Shown one piece after another: positions 47,916-61,600 of a DNA stretch of 64,000 nucleotides. Source of the stretch: Phaeosaccion multiseriatum (Eukaryota > Protista > Ochrophyta, other classes); assembly GCA_965112735.1 (NCBI GenBank), contig OZ218955.1, positions 3,782,001-3,846,000 of the forward strand, in the 5' to 3' direction. A program made the translations under genes and the position numbers. The number at the start of each line of letters is the position of its first letter. The first letter of the stretch is position 1. The notes below the pieces were generated by a model. The model saw only the letters and a program-made list of their open reading frames with translations, was not told the DNA's origin and ran no database searches.

Positions 47916-50843
47916 TCACCGAACGGGTGCGGAGCCGCCGTCGGATAGCCCTGAGCAGAGCTCAGTTGGGGTGCTTTCTTTCTCCACGGCACCACTGCCA
48001 CTGCCACTGCCAATGCTCTCTCCTCCATCGGCAGCGACCTGAACTTGACGCGCCTCCTCTGCTGCCGTTACTGTAGCGGTAGGGGGGTTTATTGAGGTGG
48101 TGGTGGTGGCGGATGGGGTGGCACGCAGACCACTCCTGCCCCCCCCATTCCTGCCGGTTGCGCCTCTTTTGGTCTTCTGCCTGGCCTCCTCCTCCCCCTT
48201 CTTCTTCTTCTCCTTCTGCTCCTCCTCCTTCTCCCGCTGCTGCTGTACCACCAACTGCTGTTCCTCCATGCGTCTTAGCGCCGCGGTGATGCCCTTGTCG
48301 GCCTGCCCCTCCTCCCCCTCCGGGAAGAAAGCCCTCATTGCCCTAAGGAGGTGGTGGTTCCTCTTGGCGAGGGCGACGTCCACGGGTGTGTCATTGTCCA
48401 CGTTGACAGCCGAGAGAGAGGCGCCCCACTCAACGAGCATCTGCAGAGGAGGAGGACGAGCGGTAGGGGGAGAAGGGGAAGGCGGAATGCACACTCGGCT
48501 TGGTGTCTTGACGCGACTCTTGACACAAGTACGCACGCAGACGCACACACACGCAGACGCACAAACACACACACCTTGAGTCTCGGGATCAAGTCGAAGC
48601 CGATGGCGTCGTCCACGGAGAGTGGCGCCCCTCCCCCGGGTCCTGACGCCCCCCTGGGGCCTGGCACCCCCCCCTTGGGCCCCTCTCTGGCCACGGCGTG
48701 CAGGGGGGTATCTCCGTAGAGGTCAGGCTTGTTAACGTCAGCACCGGCCTCGAGCAGCGCGGCCACCGTGGGCATGAAACCGCCACTGACCGCACAGTGC
48801 AGGGAGGTCTTGCCTTGGAGGAGGAGGGAGAGGGGAGGAGGCGGTGGATAGGGGGTGCGGGAGGAAGAGGGGGGTGTGACGCTTCAGAGATGGATTGGCG
48901 GGAAAATTTGAGGAAGGGAGGTACGCTGAGATGTGCCAAAAGCGACAGCAGAAGCAGCAGCAGCACAAGCCCCTTCCCTCGCCCTTCCCCATGATGGTGG
49001 GCTGTGCTTAGGCACCTGTCTCGTCGACAGCATTGACGTCCGCCCCTGCCCGCAGGAGCAATTGCACCATTTCGCAATGGCCCTTCCGAGCCGCGGCGAT
49101 GAGCGCTGTGTACAGACGTTACACATTGCGTTACAGATTAGCGTTACAGAAACAGAGACAAGACCCACACTCGAGGGCGAGCAGAGCAGAGAAGAGGACA
49201 AGTGAAGAAATGCGAGGCGGGCACAAACGTATGTTCAGTGTATGTGTTTGTCGATAAGTCAAGTGAAGTCAATGAAATGTGCACAAACCCAGTCATACTA
49301 CTCACGTGTGAGCTTCCCGTCCCCCTCTATCACGTCCCCCCCGTGGCTCAGAAGGAGCTCCACGGCCTCCAAGTGCCCCCCTTCTGTGGCGTACAGGAAG
49401 GCAGACAGAGAGGCGGCGTCCGGCGCATTGACTGCCATCCCCTCCGCCGCCCCATCCTTGCCCAGCAGCGAGGCAAGCTTGCCCACGTCACCGAGGGAGG
49501 CGGCTGAGCGAACGGCCTCGTGCAGACCACTCAAGTGTCTGTGGGGAAGGGAAGGGGGGTGGCATGTGAGGGGGGAGAGGCTTCTTCACTCTCCTGTTGA
49601 TAGACATAGGTAGGAACACTGAAGTGCAAGCGTGAGGAGGGAGGAAACTCCGCGTGCTAGAAGGGAGCTACGTACGCTCTCTGCCGCTACTTCCTCCTTC
49701 TCCTCCTCCTCATTTGGAGAGCAAGTAGAAGACTATTCGGGGTGGAGGAGAGACAGACAGGCGGGCAGATATATGGGGGACACAGACTGTATGGATGTTG
49801 ACACCAAGAAAGAATGAGAGAGAGAGGTAGTGATACCTAGCTTCACTTACCCACGCACCCACGCACGTACTCACGCACTCACTCACACATTCACCCACAC
49901 AATACCCAGGTCCTCCCACTGGACCCACGCATGCACTCACGCACACACGCACACACGCACGCACCCACGCACCCACGCACGCACCCACGTCCCCCCTACA
50001 CGCACCTCGTCCGCTGCAGGCTGTCCATGTGCCTGGCCTGCTTCTTCCTTAGGGCCTCGAGGCGCCTCTCGAGCCCGGCCAGCCCTCGCCGCTTGCCGCT
50101 GGAGATGGGCAGGGCGAGGTCAGGGTCGGTGTAGATTGCCCTGATGTCTCCCTCCAGCCTGTCCACGGAGTCTCTGTGCTGTAGTGCGTCGCTCTCCCCT
50201 GTGAGAAGCTTGGCGCGTAGCTGCATGGCCTCAATTTTCTCGGTAGCTCGCTGCCAACGGCGCTCCATCTCCTTTGCTCGGCTCTCGGCTTGGGCCTTCT
50301 GGCGGCTTGCTTCGACGGCCATTGCCTCGTGTGCCTCGCACACGTACCTTAGTAACAGGAGAGGAAGGGGGTGAGAGGGGCACGGGGGGGAGTGGGAGAG
50401 AGATGAAAGAAAGAACAAGCGGAGAAGGAGGAAAGGCAGACTGCCTGAATTGGGTTTGTTTGCCGCGTCTCCGGCTGCACCGCGGAGAGAGCCTCCTCCA
50501 ATGTCAGTAGAGAGATATAAGGATACGATCAAAGGCCTTCCCCTATCCGCTAACATCTGACCGCAGGGCCGCAAGGCACGGAGGAGGAAGGACTGAGCCC
50601 CACACACCTGCTGTTCTCGAGCTTCCGTTCGGCGATTTCCAGCAAAGCTCTGACTTTCTCCAGCTCGCTCCCATCGCCGTGACTCCGCTCCTCGTCCTGG
50701 CCATCCTCCTTCTCCTCGTCCCCGTACCCTTCCTTAGTCTCCTGTTCGCCCTCTTCTTTGTCCTTCTCCATCTCAGTTTCCTTCATCTCCTTCTCCTCCT
50801 TCTGCTGCCGCTGCTCGTCCTCCCTCTCCTCCTTCTGCTCCAT
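47916..50843 (-). CDS. Coiled-coil plus ankyrin-repeat protein; ~6 exons (start uncertain)
   Basis: E/K-rich N-terminal exons, then YATEGGHLEAVELLL, PLIAAARKGHCEMVQLLLRAGADVN, TSLHCAVSGG, GDTPLHAVA, NDTPVDVAL. Exons join in frame. Confidence 0.82.
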
Positions 50844-51120
50844 TCTCTCAGAGTCTCTTAGTCTACTTAGTCTATCAGCCTTTTCCTTGCCCAAGAAGAA
50901 CACACTATGCTCCTCCCCTCTCTCCAATGCGTCTCCGTACTCAACCGTTCCAATGCCGCTATTTTCCGGGGACCAGAACTCTGGTTCCGAGAAAATAAGC
51001 CTTCTCTTACCGGCACCAGCCCCACACCCAGCTGTCCTATCCGTCTCTATCGCAGTCTTCCCTGCTGCTGCACCATCGAACTACTGCATCCAGAGAAAGA
51101 GAGAGAGGCTTACGGGGACC

Positions 51121-53104
51121 ATGGTGGCCCAGCAGCTGAAGATTGATCCTCGGATCAGGGACTGGGTGGTGCTGCCCCTAATGTTTATGGCGGTGATGGT
51201 TAACATCTTCTCGGGAAGCATTGCGGTGATGATGAAGAGCGAGCCCAAGCCAAAGATGGAGGAGTTCCACCTTAAGCAGGTGAGGAGTGCGCGGCTGGTT
51301 AAGGGAAGCAGGGTGGGGAGGAGAAGCGCTTAGCTATGCTATGTTCCAACCCTTCTTCCTTCTTGTCCGGCGAACAGGTGCTTGCCCGCTCCAGGCGGAT
51401 TCGCATGAACAGCAAGTGGATTGGCGGCGTCGCCTTTGCCATGCGTAAGGCCTTCTTCTGTGATGCGGAGGTGAGGCACAGGCAGAGAGGGCGGAGAGAA
51501 GGGAGGGGACGAGAAGAGGGGGGGGAGGAGGAGGGGAGGAGGGGACAGGAGGGGGGAGAGGAGAAAAGAGGATGAGAGAAGAGGAGGGGAGGGGAGAGAC
51601 CAGAGGGACGAGAGAAAGGCAGAGGCGAAGTGAAGTACTGATCCCAGCCCTCCCCCCGTCATTCTCTCTCCGCTCTGCAGAAGGGCCTGCTGCACCAGGG
51701 AGATCTCCCCCCGCCCTTCAACCCAATGCAGGACCCCACGGCCATGATGGGGGGCATGACACAGAACATGAAGTTCTTCGTGAACACCATCATGATCGAG
51801 GTAAGTCATGCAGTCGATAGTGGATAGGAGCATAGAGGAAAGGATAGCCAATTGATAGTCGATGGAGGACAGTGGAGGAGGGAAGACGCTTGCGTGCCAA
51901 ACCCCTTCTCTCTCTATGGTTTTACCTTTCTCCATCTGGATCATTTCCCTATATTTCTCACTCCCCCCCCTCCCTCCCTCACTCTACAGGTGTTCGTCAA
52001 TTACTTCTTCCAGGGCCTGGTAATGTTGCGCATGCCCTTCCCCCTCTTCAACGGCTTCAAGATGATGAACCAGCGAGGCGTGGAGCTCACCACTCTGGAC
52101 CCCTCGTTCGTGTCCTCCATGAGTTGGTACTTCCTCGTCATGTTCGGCTCTCAGCAACTTCTCAACATCTTCAGAGCGGACTTCTCAGAGGAGGTCAGTG
52201 GGGGCGTGGGTGTGTGAGTGCGTGGGTGCGTGCGTGCGTGAGTGCGTGGGTGCGTGAGTGGGCGGGTGCATGAGGGCTGTGTGAGTGCGTGAGTGCGTGA
52301 GTGGAGTGAGTGGGGTGAGAGGTTAATGTGGGTGTGTGCGTGTGTGCGTGTCGTGAGGGCCCTGTGAGTGCTTGAGGCTATGGGCGCGTGAGTGGGTGCG
52401 TGAGCGCGTGAGCGGAGTGAGTGGAGTGCCATGAGGGCCGTGTGATGCGTGAATGCGTGAGTGCTTAGCCTTGGTGAACGGAATAGATTGGTCTTTATAG
52501 AGGGAGAGGCTCTTAGCGCTGACCCCTGGCCTGTCGCCCTACTCCTTCTATCCCTTCTTCCCTCCTCAAGATGTGTATGTAAGATGATGTATAAGCAAAG
52601 CACACACGCCCGCCGCCCGCCCGCACCCACGCACTAAACGCACGCACTTGCACTTCATGACTCACTTGACGCCTCGAGTGCACTTCATGACTCACTTGAC
52701 GCCTCGAGTGCACTTCATGACTCACTTGACGCCTCGAGTGCACTTCATGACTCACTTGACGCCTCGTTCTCGCCCCTCCTTCGAATGGCAAACAATCTTC
52801 CACACACACACAACGATCGAATAACCAACAGGCCAAGCAAATGAAGGCGCAGCAGGCACAGCTAGCGAGTATGGGTGCACAAATGAACTTCGACGCCACC
52901 AAAGCCTTCGCCGCAGAGGCCAAAGTCATGGACCTGGCGCACCACACGGACGGGCTCGCGGACGTGGAGAAGAGATTGTTGGGTAGTGCGTACCCCAAGC
53001 CGAACCTCTTGGCTATGCCCACCTCTTCTTCAGGGGGCTCGAAGGGCGGGAGAGGGGCGGCAGGGGGAGGAGGCTCAGGAACGGGCAAGAAGAAGGCCAC
53101 ATGA
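51121..53104 (+). CDS. EMC3: ER membrane protein complex subunit 3; 5 exons
   Basis: IDPRIRDWVVLPL, AFAMRKAFF, NPMQDPTAMMGGM, VNYFFQG...MPFPL...FKMMNQRGVELTTLDPSFVSSMSWYFL, KAFAAE. Confidence 0.93.
52649..52766. repeat. 30-bp minisatellite (TGCACTTCATGACTCACTTGACGCCTCGAG) x4 in EMC3 intron 4
   Basis: Direct tandem copies. Confidence 0.95.
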
Positions 53105-54294
53105 GAGAGGGGAGAGGAAGAGGGGTAGAGGGGGAGAGGGGCAGGGGAGGGAGTGAACCCTTCCCGGCCCTCCCGCCCACGGAATGCCGCCTGTGGAGGA
53201 GCTTGCTCGGCATTTGTGTGGAAGGTTGGGGGCTTGACAGAATGTCAGAGAAGAGAAGCACGCTGTCACTGTCACACTCGGAATGGCAAGAAGGTGACCC
53301 CGCCCGCCTTGTGCTTGCGACGGGGGGGGGTTAGGGAGGGGAGGGAGGGGAGGGAGGGGGGGGAGGGGGGGGGGTGTATGAAGCGAAGGCGACGAGAAGC
53401 GACTGAGAAGTCGACGCAGGAAGTGCAACTTTTTGTCTTGCAGCTTTTCTGTGGCTTTCTTGAGCCTTCCGTTGTTCACCCCCCCACCCCCCCTGCCTAC
53501 ACCGCAGCTTGGATGGTGGGAATGCCAAGCGCCGACTGACACTGACACCGCCCTCTAATCCGACTCGTTCGGCAAGAGGGCGGGGTCAGCTTACGCACTT
53601 GTGGTTCACCATCCATCACTCCCCTCTCTCCCACTGGCCGTATGTGATGTCATCACAATGCGCGACCCCCCCCCCTCCACCTTCGGATGGGTTTGGTTGT
53701 CCTTGTGCCCTCTATTGTTGTGCTCTCTATTGAGTCGTTTTGCTTCGGAGGGTGAGGAGGACGGAACAAGGATCAAGGATCAAGGACTTATCGTCGGCGT
53801 GTGGTGAAACCGCTATGCGGAAGGAGTCCCAAAGGAGGGCTACGCTCCTGCCTCATCAATGCCTCTTATTGGAAGCTCCTCTGTGTGGACCTTGCTTTCT
53901 GGCACCAGCCCTCCATCCCGCGTGGGCAGTATACAACCAACACGCGTATGTGTGCGTGTGCACCGCCCCATCGATGGAGCGCAGCCCAAGGTGATCACGG
54001 CGTATCACCCAAGGTGATCACGGCGTATCACCAACTGGTTGAGGAGGACCTTGCCCATGTTGGGCCAATCCAGTGCCCAGTGTATCATCACCATCTGGTG
54101 GGGAGGTCGGATGGACGGAGGAGGCCCTCGCGTTGACGCGTGGAGAGTCAGGGGATGGCACTGGAGGTCGAAAGGCTTTTATTCACTTTTAAATAAAAAA
54201 ATGGTTACAGCAGGGATTACTCATCAATCCCCTCGATAAACCCGTCTTGCTTTGGTTGTCAACACTGCCTCTCAACAGTGCAGGGGCTGTGACG

Positions 54295-55333
54295 TCATCG
54301 CTTGTAAGCGTTGAGGTCGCTGTCGGGGATGTTCGTCCTCCTCTCCATGTGTCTCCGTTGCGCCTCCCTCCTCGCCCCCTCCACCCCCTCCAGCACCGCC
54401 CCGGCCTGCAGCAGCAGCCGCCCCATCAGCCCACCTCCTCCTCCTCCTCCTCCTGCTGCTGCTGCTGCTGCTTCTGTAACGGTTCCAGAGGCCTCGTCCT
54501 GTGCCTCCTCCTGCTCCTGTGGAAGGGTGATGTCGTGAAGCAGTACACAGGCCTTGGGCTGCCGCAGACAAGTGGTCAGCAAGGACAGGGCCCCTTCCAA
54601 TGAGCGCAGCGCCACAGGCACCAGCAGCACCTCACATAGGAGGGCGGCTGCGGCAGAGAGCTTCCTCGCGCACACCAGACGCAGGAGCAGGAACTGAACA
54701 CGCTCCCTCGGAGTGAGGCAGCCTTCCTGTTGCTCGCTGGCGGGCGAGGGAGAGGCAGCAGCGAAGGAAGCATCTTCTCTTTCCTCCTCTGCAGCGCCAG
54801 CGCCATCTCTCCTCCAGCGCTCGAGCAGGCTCCCCACAAGCAGAGTGTAGAGCCGCGGCAGTGGGGCGGACGGAGGCGGGGAGACAAGAGAGACCAAAGC
54901 GCCGCTCTCCAGCAGCAGATGGTGCAGACACTCGTCCTCCGCGGCATTCCCCGGGGGGGAAGGCGTCGTCGCCAGCGGCAGGAGGTGCAGGGAAGCTTCC
55001 ACCCCGGGGAAGGTGTGCATGTCCACATGGACGAAGGAGAGAGCCACCCTGCACCACACCGCCGCCTGTTGCTCCTGCCGAACCACCAACTGCTGCTGCT
55101 GCTCCGTCCCCCTCACTACCACGGCGGTCTCAGCACTACCACTGCCATTGCTTGGGTCAAGGGCGGTGAGGATGCGGGTTTCCGCCTCCCTGGTGAGGTG
55201 CCTCAGTGCGCTGCCCGCATCCACCGCAAATGCCTCCAAGAGGGGCCATTGTCCGTGCCGCACCGCACAGAGAAGCACTTCCTCCCACCAGGTCGACAAG
55301 AACCCAGCTGCTGCTACTGCTGCTGTATTACCA

Positions 55334-55365
<32 letters not shown>

Positions 55366-55634
55366 ATCACCAAGTGCTACTGCTTCTGCTGTGTCACCAA
55401 GTGCTGTTGCTGCCACAGCCCCCCTCCTACTCTGGCGTATCCTTCTCCTCCTCCTCCTTCTGGAGACCTCTCTTCGGCTGCCATCGCCACGCCCCTGCTG
55501 CAGGGCTGTGTCGTCCTCGCCCTCGTCCCCATCCCCAAGCTCCTCCTCCCACAGCTCGAGCAACAGGGCCAAGGCCGTCAATCCCGCCTGTACTGCTGCT
55601 TCTGTACCACCACCTGCTGCTTCTGTACCACCAC

Positions 55635-55666
<32 letters not shown>

Positions 55667-58600
55667 CCATCTCCTCCTACTGGTGGTGGCGGCGGCAAGC
55701 GTGCGAGAAGGCGCTTCATCAGCTGCGCCTTGGCTGTCCAATCCGACACGTCGCCAGGCTGCAAGTTGGTGATACAGCAGTCCCCTTCAACTTCTCCGAT
55801 GGAGGGGTGGGACGGAGAGGAGGTGCTGAAGCCTTGCAGGATAACCTCAGATGCGCGAAGGAAAGACATGGAGGGAAGCTGCTGCTGTATCACCAACTGC
55901 TGCTGGAGCCCAATGCCCCGCACTGCAGCATCCGCCTCCCCCTTCGCTCCACCCTCTGCCCCCGACGCCTCCACTGACCCTGTCCCCGCCTTTGATGATG
56001 ATGGCCTCGAAGAATGAGATGATGATGATGATGATGATGATGATGACGCACCCGAGGGCCCTCCTCCTCCCCCCACGGACCCCACCACCGCCTCTGTCGA
56101 CTGGAGCAGCTCGAGCACGCCTGCCTGTGCCCGGAGCAGCCCCGCGTCTGCGCCCCTCCTCGGCGCGCAAAAGTCGAGTAGGAGGGGCCGAATCTCCGCC
56201 CACGCGCCCTCCGCGATTCCCCTGATGCCTCCCACGCCTCCCATGCCTCCGTTGCTGCCTCCTCCTGTGCCGCTCCACTCCGCTCCTCCTCCTTCTTGCC
56301 CCTGCCCTTCTTGTCCCTGCCCTTCTTGTCCCTGCCCTTCTTGGGTCTCCCAAGCCCCTGTTTGCACCCCCCCTTCCACGGAGGAAGCCTGGCAGATCGC
56401 TCTACAGAGCCCGCTGATACGCGTCAATGCCTCCCTTCGATCACCTCCCTTGAGAGAGATTGAGTCCTCACCACTGCCGACGACTCCTTCCCCACCCAGG
56501 ACCACCAACTGCTGCAGCAACTCCTCTGTGGCCTCTCGGTACACACTCTTGAGCAGCGTAGGCGCGCTGAAGCCCAGCACGGAGGCCGCCTGGGCACACA
56601 CCCCAAGCGGGAAACCCTTCGTCACCAGCTCCTGCATGGCCCTCTTCCTCGAGGCCTCTGAGGTTCCAGAGGCCTCCATATCCGTCCCCATCGCCAATCC
56701 CTCCCAGGCACACTCTAGAACGGCCCGTGCTTCTCGAGGCCGCACGGGTGAAATGGCCTCGAGAAAGCCTGACAAGTGCTGAAGCATACTCACAGCCCTC
56801 TCAGCATTCGTACTGGCACTGGTTGGGTCCATCACCCCAATCCCATCTGTCGAGCCTGCCCCGGAGGCCCCAGAGGAGGAGGAAGGCTGCTGTATCACCA
56901 ACTGCTGGGCTTGCTGAGCCTGCACTTGTGGACGGAGGGTCTCCAGCGCCTTCCCCAGCAGCCGCTGTCTGTAAGCCTCTGTCAAGTCCACGACCTCCTC
57001 TGCTGTATCACCAACTGCTGCCCCTCGGGAATGAAGCAAGAATCGATTTGGCAGCGCCACCTCCTGCATCAAGGCCAGCAGGTCCCCGGGGCTGGTCACC
57101 TTGAGCAGCAGCGGTTCCACCTGATGGTACACAGTCGCGGAAGCCGCCGCCCTCTCGGTCTGCTGCTGCCGCTCGGCTTCGGCCTCAACCTCCCCCCTGT
57201 GCTGTATAACCAACTGCTCTATCACCAACTGTTGCTGCTGCGAGGAAGCCGCCGCACATGGCCGCAGCAGATTCCGTCCCTCCGTCTCCAGAAAGTCGCC
57301 AACGCCAACCGAAGACCCACCACCACCACTCGCCACTGCTTTGCCCCCCTTACTGCTGCTGCTGCTGCTGCTTCTGCTGCTCGTAGCCCGGTCGTCGCCA
57401 ACCCCCTCCTCACCGTGAAGCACCAACACCCTCCTGGCGGCGGCGAGGTACACGTCCGACGCCCTCAAGCCGTGCATCCTCGGGGCAAGCTTGGCCATGG
57501 GAGCAGCCATGGAGGGGGTCATGCAGCGTCCCAGCTCAGCTCTGGCAGCCGCCTGCAGCCGCTGGATCACCAACTGCTGCTGCTGCTGCTGCTGCTGCTC
57601 ATTTCCACCACTATCTGACGGTGGCCCCAGGCTCAGCACCTCCTCCCCCATGAGGCGCTTATAATCCAAGCCCGCCTTCGGAGGAGCGGCCTTTAACAAC
57701 CGCCGCAGCAGCCCAACGTGCTCCTTCAGCGCCCTCTGCATACCCTCGGGAACGCGCTCTGCCTCCGTCCTTTCTGTAACCGTCGTAACCGTAACCGTGG
57801 CAGCCTCCAGCATGAGGCGTGCCACCAGCTCCAGCCTGGGCAGCTGCCGCCCCGGGATGGCAGTATACACGCCAGAGAGGGCGCGCACGTAGGCCGCGGG
57901 TCGAGACAGCAAGAGGGCCTCTACATCCACGCCAGTTGTGAGTGCGCCTGTGCCATTGTCTAGGGCTGGGCCTGGCTTATTCTCATCGGCATCCTCGGCA
58001 GCGTCTGTGCTCGCGGCCTGTGAGTGACACGACGTGAGAAGGGAGGGCCACACGTGTGTTCATTTGTGTGTGTGTGTGCGTGCGTGTTTCTTCGCCTAGC
58101 GTTTGCTTTGCTCGCATCACTCGAAGGCAGATACCTTACCGTAGTCTCCTCCTCCTCCTCCGCCTCCCCACCCCCCCGGCCACTCCCTCTCCTCCTCCTC
58201 ACCTTAGCCTTGGCAGCCGCTTCCATCCTGCCGCACACAACCGTTGCCTTGCTACCCCTCCGCATGAGCATTCCCCAACCCTCGCTCAGCCAGTGCGTGG
58301 CCCGGGCACAGGCAATGCTCCAGCCCACTTCCTCAAAGATGCCCAATTCCTTCGCCATACTCAGCGCTTCTTGCAGCAGCTCCGGACCCTCCCCCTGCTT
58401 GCCCAACAACTTCTCGTGGGTGCGTGCGTGCGTGTGTGCGTTTGGGAAATACAGCAAAAACAATTTCGTATGGAAGATGCGAAGGGTGAGGAGTCGAGGA
58501 GGAGAAGAGCGAGGGTTAGGGCGTGCGTCGGTCAGAGACAAAGTGGGTGGGTGTCAGGACAGAGGGTGGGTGGGCGTCAGGACAGTGGGGTGAGTGGGTG

Positions 58601-61600
58601 GGTGTCAGGACAGAGGGTGGGTGGGTGGGTGGGTGTCAGGATAGGTGCGCACACACGCACGCACACACGCACGTACACACGCACGCATACACGCACGCAC
58701 ACACGCACGCACACACCCACCTGTAGCTGCAGTCTTTGGTACTCGGCGTCTGCGGAGAAGCGCAGGGGGTCCACCCCGGGGAGAAGGGCCCGCAGACGAG
58801 AGGACACCCCAGACACAGAGGACTGAGCCTGCGCCCCCAGCAGGAGAGCCCTCAGGCGAGTGTCCACTGAGTCCTGCCCAGTGACAGCGAGAGGCTCGGG
58901 GGGTGGAGTTGAAGTTGAAGTTGAAGTTGAAGTTGGGGGAGGTGCGTCTGCTGCGAGTGCGGCGGTGGCGAGCTTGAGGAGAGAGCTCACATCAGAAGTG
59001 TAGAGAGTGGGAGGGAGGGGCTCTCCCCCTGTTTGCCGTATGGAGGAGGGGGAGGGAGGGAGGGAGGGAGGGAGGGAGGGAGGGTCGAAGGCAGGAGGAG
59101 GAGGGGGAGAGGCAGGCAGACAGAAAGAGGGAGGGAGGTAGAAAAGGAGGGAGGGAGGGAGTGAGATGCGGAGACGGGCGGAGGGGGGAGAAGAGACGTA
59201 CACAGTGCCCATATCCTACATGTACCCAACTGAAAGTCTCACTCACCCTTCTGAGCGTGCCGCTCCAGCACCAGCAGCCCCCCGAGGGCCCTCTGCACGC
59301 CCTCCACAGCGGCCAGCTGTCCTGACACCAGGCCGAACTGCACGTGAGGGTCGAGGTCGGAGGGCGAGTGGGTGCGTGCGTTCTCGCTGTCTCTGTCTCG
59401 GCGCCAGGAAGCGGGGGAGGAGGACTGGGACCATCGCATCACCGCAGATCCTTCCTTCATGGAAGAGGAGGACGCCCCCTCCATTCGTCCTTCTCCTCCT
59501 GCCGTGGACGAGAACGCAGCTCTATTTAGAGGCATATCGAAGTCCGCCTCTCCCGCGTGCTCCGAGCACCACGCCATCGCGGAGTCCAGCGAAGCGTTTC
59601 TCCCGGTGGCCCTGCACGCCCGTCGAGCCCCATTTCGACTGAAGCCCATCTTATGCAAGGTGTCCACAAGCGCATCCTCGGCCTCTGCCACCCCCCCTCC
59701 TTCTCCATCCACTGCCATCCCCTCCCCTCCTCCTCCTCCTCCTCCTCCTCCTCCTCCTCCTCCTCCCTGTCGATACGCCTCCAACTGCTTGAGCCGTTCT
59801 TTGAGCTCCAGTAACACTCCCTCTACTTGTGCGAGGGACACCTCTGCGTCAGATACGGCCATAAGGTTCGCGAGGCCCTTCTCGTAGCGGCCTGAGGGAC
59901 AGAGAAGGGGGAGAACAGAACGACCAAACGCACGCACACACACACACATACACACACGCAGCCACACACACACACGCACACACAAACCATACTTGAGGAT
60001 AGTAAGGGAAAGTAAAGTACGGCCCCTACGCCTCTGCCCTCCTCTCCCCACATGCCCATATGCCTCTACCTCTTCCCCTCGCACCTGCACGCAGCTCCTC
60101 CCCGGCGATGGCCGCACTCAGCCTATCCGCGGCCTCTGACGTCATCTTCCAGTAGAGCCACCCGCTCCCGTGCGTGCCCCTACCCTCCTCTGCTCCCTCC
60201 TCTGCCTCCCCTGCATCCTCTGCCCCCGCTGCTGCGGCCTCGCTGAGCCTCCGGTGTAGCAAGCACTCTTGCTGACGCAGATTTAGTTTCCGTTTCAGTA
60301 CAGGCGTCGTATCCGATTGTCCTTCCTCCTCCTCCACCTCCTCCTCCTCCTCCTGCTGCTGCTGCTGCCCCTCCTCCGCCTCTAAGCGCTGCCACAGCTG
60401 CAGTAGTGCCTCCATGTCTGTCCCCTCTCGGCAACGAGTGAGGGCCAGTCCACACAGCTCCTTCCTCCTCCCCACCCCAAGACCCCGGCCCCTTCCCCTG
60501 CCCCTCCCCTTCTCCTCCTCATCCTCCTCCTCCTCACCACCACCGTCAGAAAGCAGTATCCGCAACACATCAAGCGCCTCTGCAGGGATGCTCCCTCCTC
60601 CCTCCTCCCTGCCCCCCCCCTTATTCTCCACCCCCCCCCTGGTCATGATGGGTCGAAGCATCTGAGTAGCCGTTTCGAAGTCTCTCACTCGACAGGCGGC
60701 GAGGGCGAGCCGACACCGCACCCTGTCTCTCTCGGACAGCCCCTGCAGGCCCAGCAGAGAGGCGAGGAGGAGAACTGAAGTGCCGGGCGGGTGTTGATGT
60801 TGGTGGGGAGAGTTGGGTGTCTGGTGGTGGTGCAGGATGCCCACTTCCTGCAGCTGCCGCTCGGGAAGGAGGGGAGGCACCGCGCTCAGCCTTGCCGAAC
60901 GAGAGGCGTCTTCTGAGGTTTGGTGGATGGCAGTGGATGGGGGCGGGAGGGGAAGGGGCCGAATGAATTTCACTTTCAGGTCATCGTGTGCTTCGCCCTG
61001 AGGAGTGAAGAGGACGATACATGTCCACTGCTGCCATGAATCAATCATTCACTCAGTCAGTCACTCAGTCAGACAGTCAGACAGTCAGTCAGTCAGTCAG
61101 TCAGTCAGTCAGTCAGTCACTCAGCACCGAGAGAAGGAGGGAGGGAGGAATCCAACGCACAACAAGCGCTTCTCTTCCTTGGCTGACGCCTTCCTTCCCT
61201 TTCAAGGTGGTGATGCGTCGCGTTTCCATTCACGCACGTACGTCCCCACGCACGCCCCCACGCACCTGCTACTGCCATTTGTGAGTGTGGGTCGAGTGTG
61301 GAGCCGTGCAGGTAAGCGAGGGGGCTGCTGCTCAGCACCGCATCCACCACTCGCAGCGCCCCCTCCACAGAGCCTTGTGGGGCTTGTAGCACCAACGGCT
61401 GTACGTGCTGCTGCTGCTGCTGCTGCTGCTGTATCACCAACTGCTGCTGTTGGCCCTCCATGGCGAGTCGCATTTGGAGAGGCACCACCGAGCAGCCCAT
61501 CTTGCCCACCAGGGCCGCCGCATCTGGTGGACATGGGTCACATAAGCCAAAGAATTCAGTTTCAGTTTCAGTTTCAGTGCCGGTTGACCTTCTTCATTCG

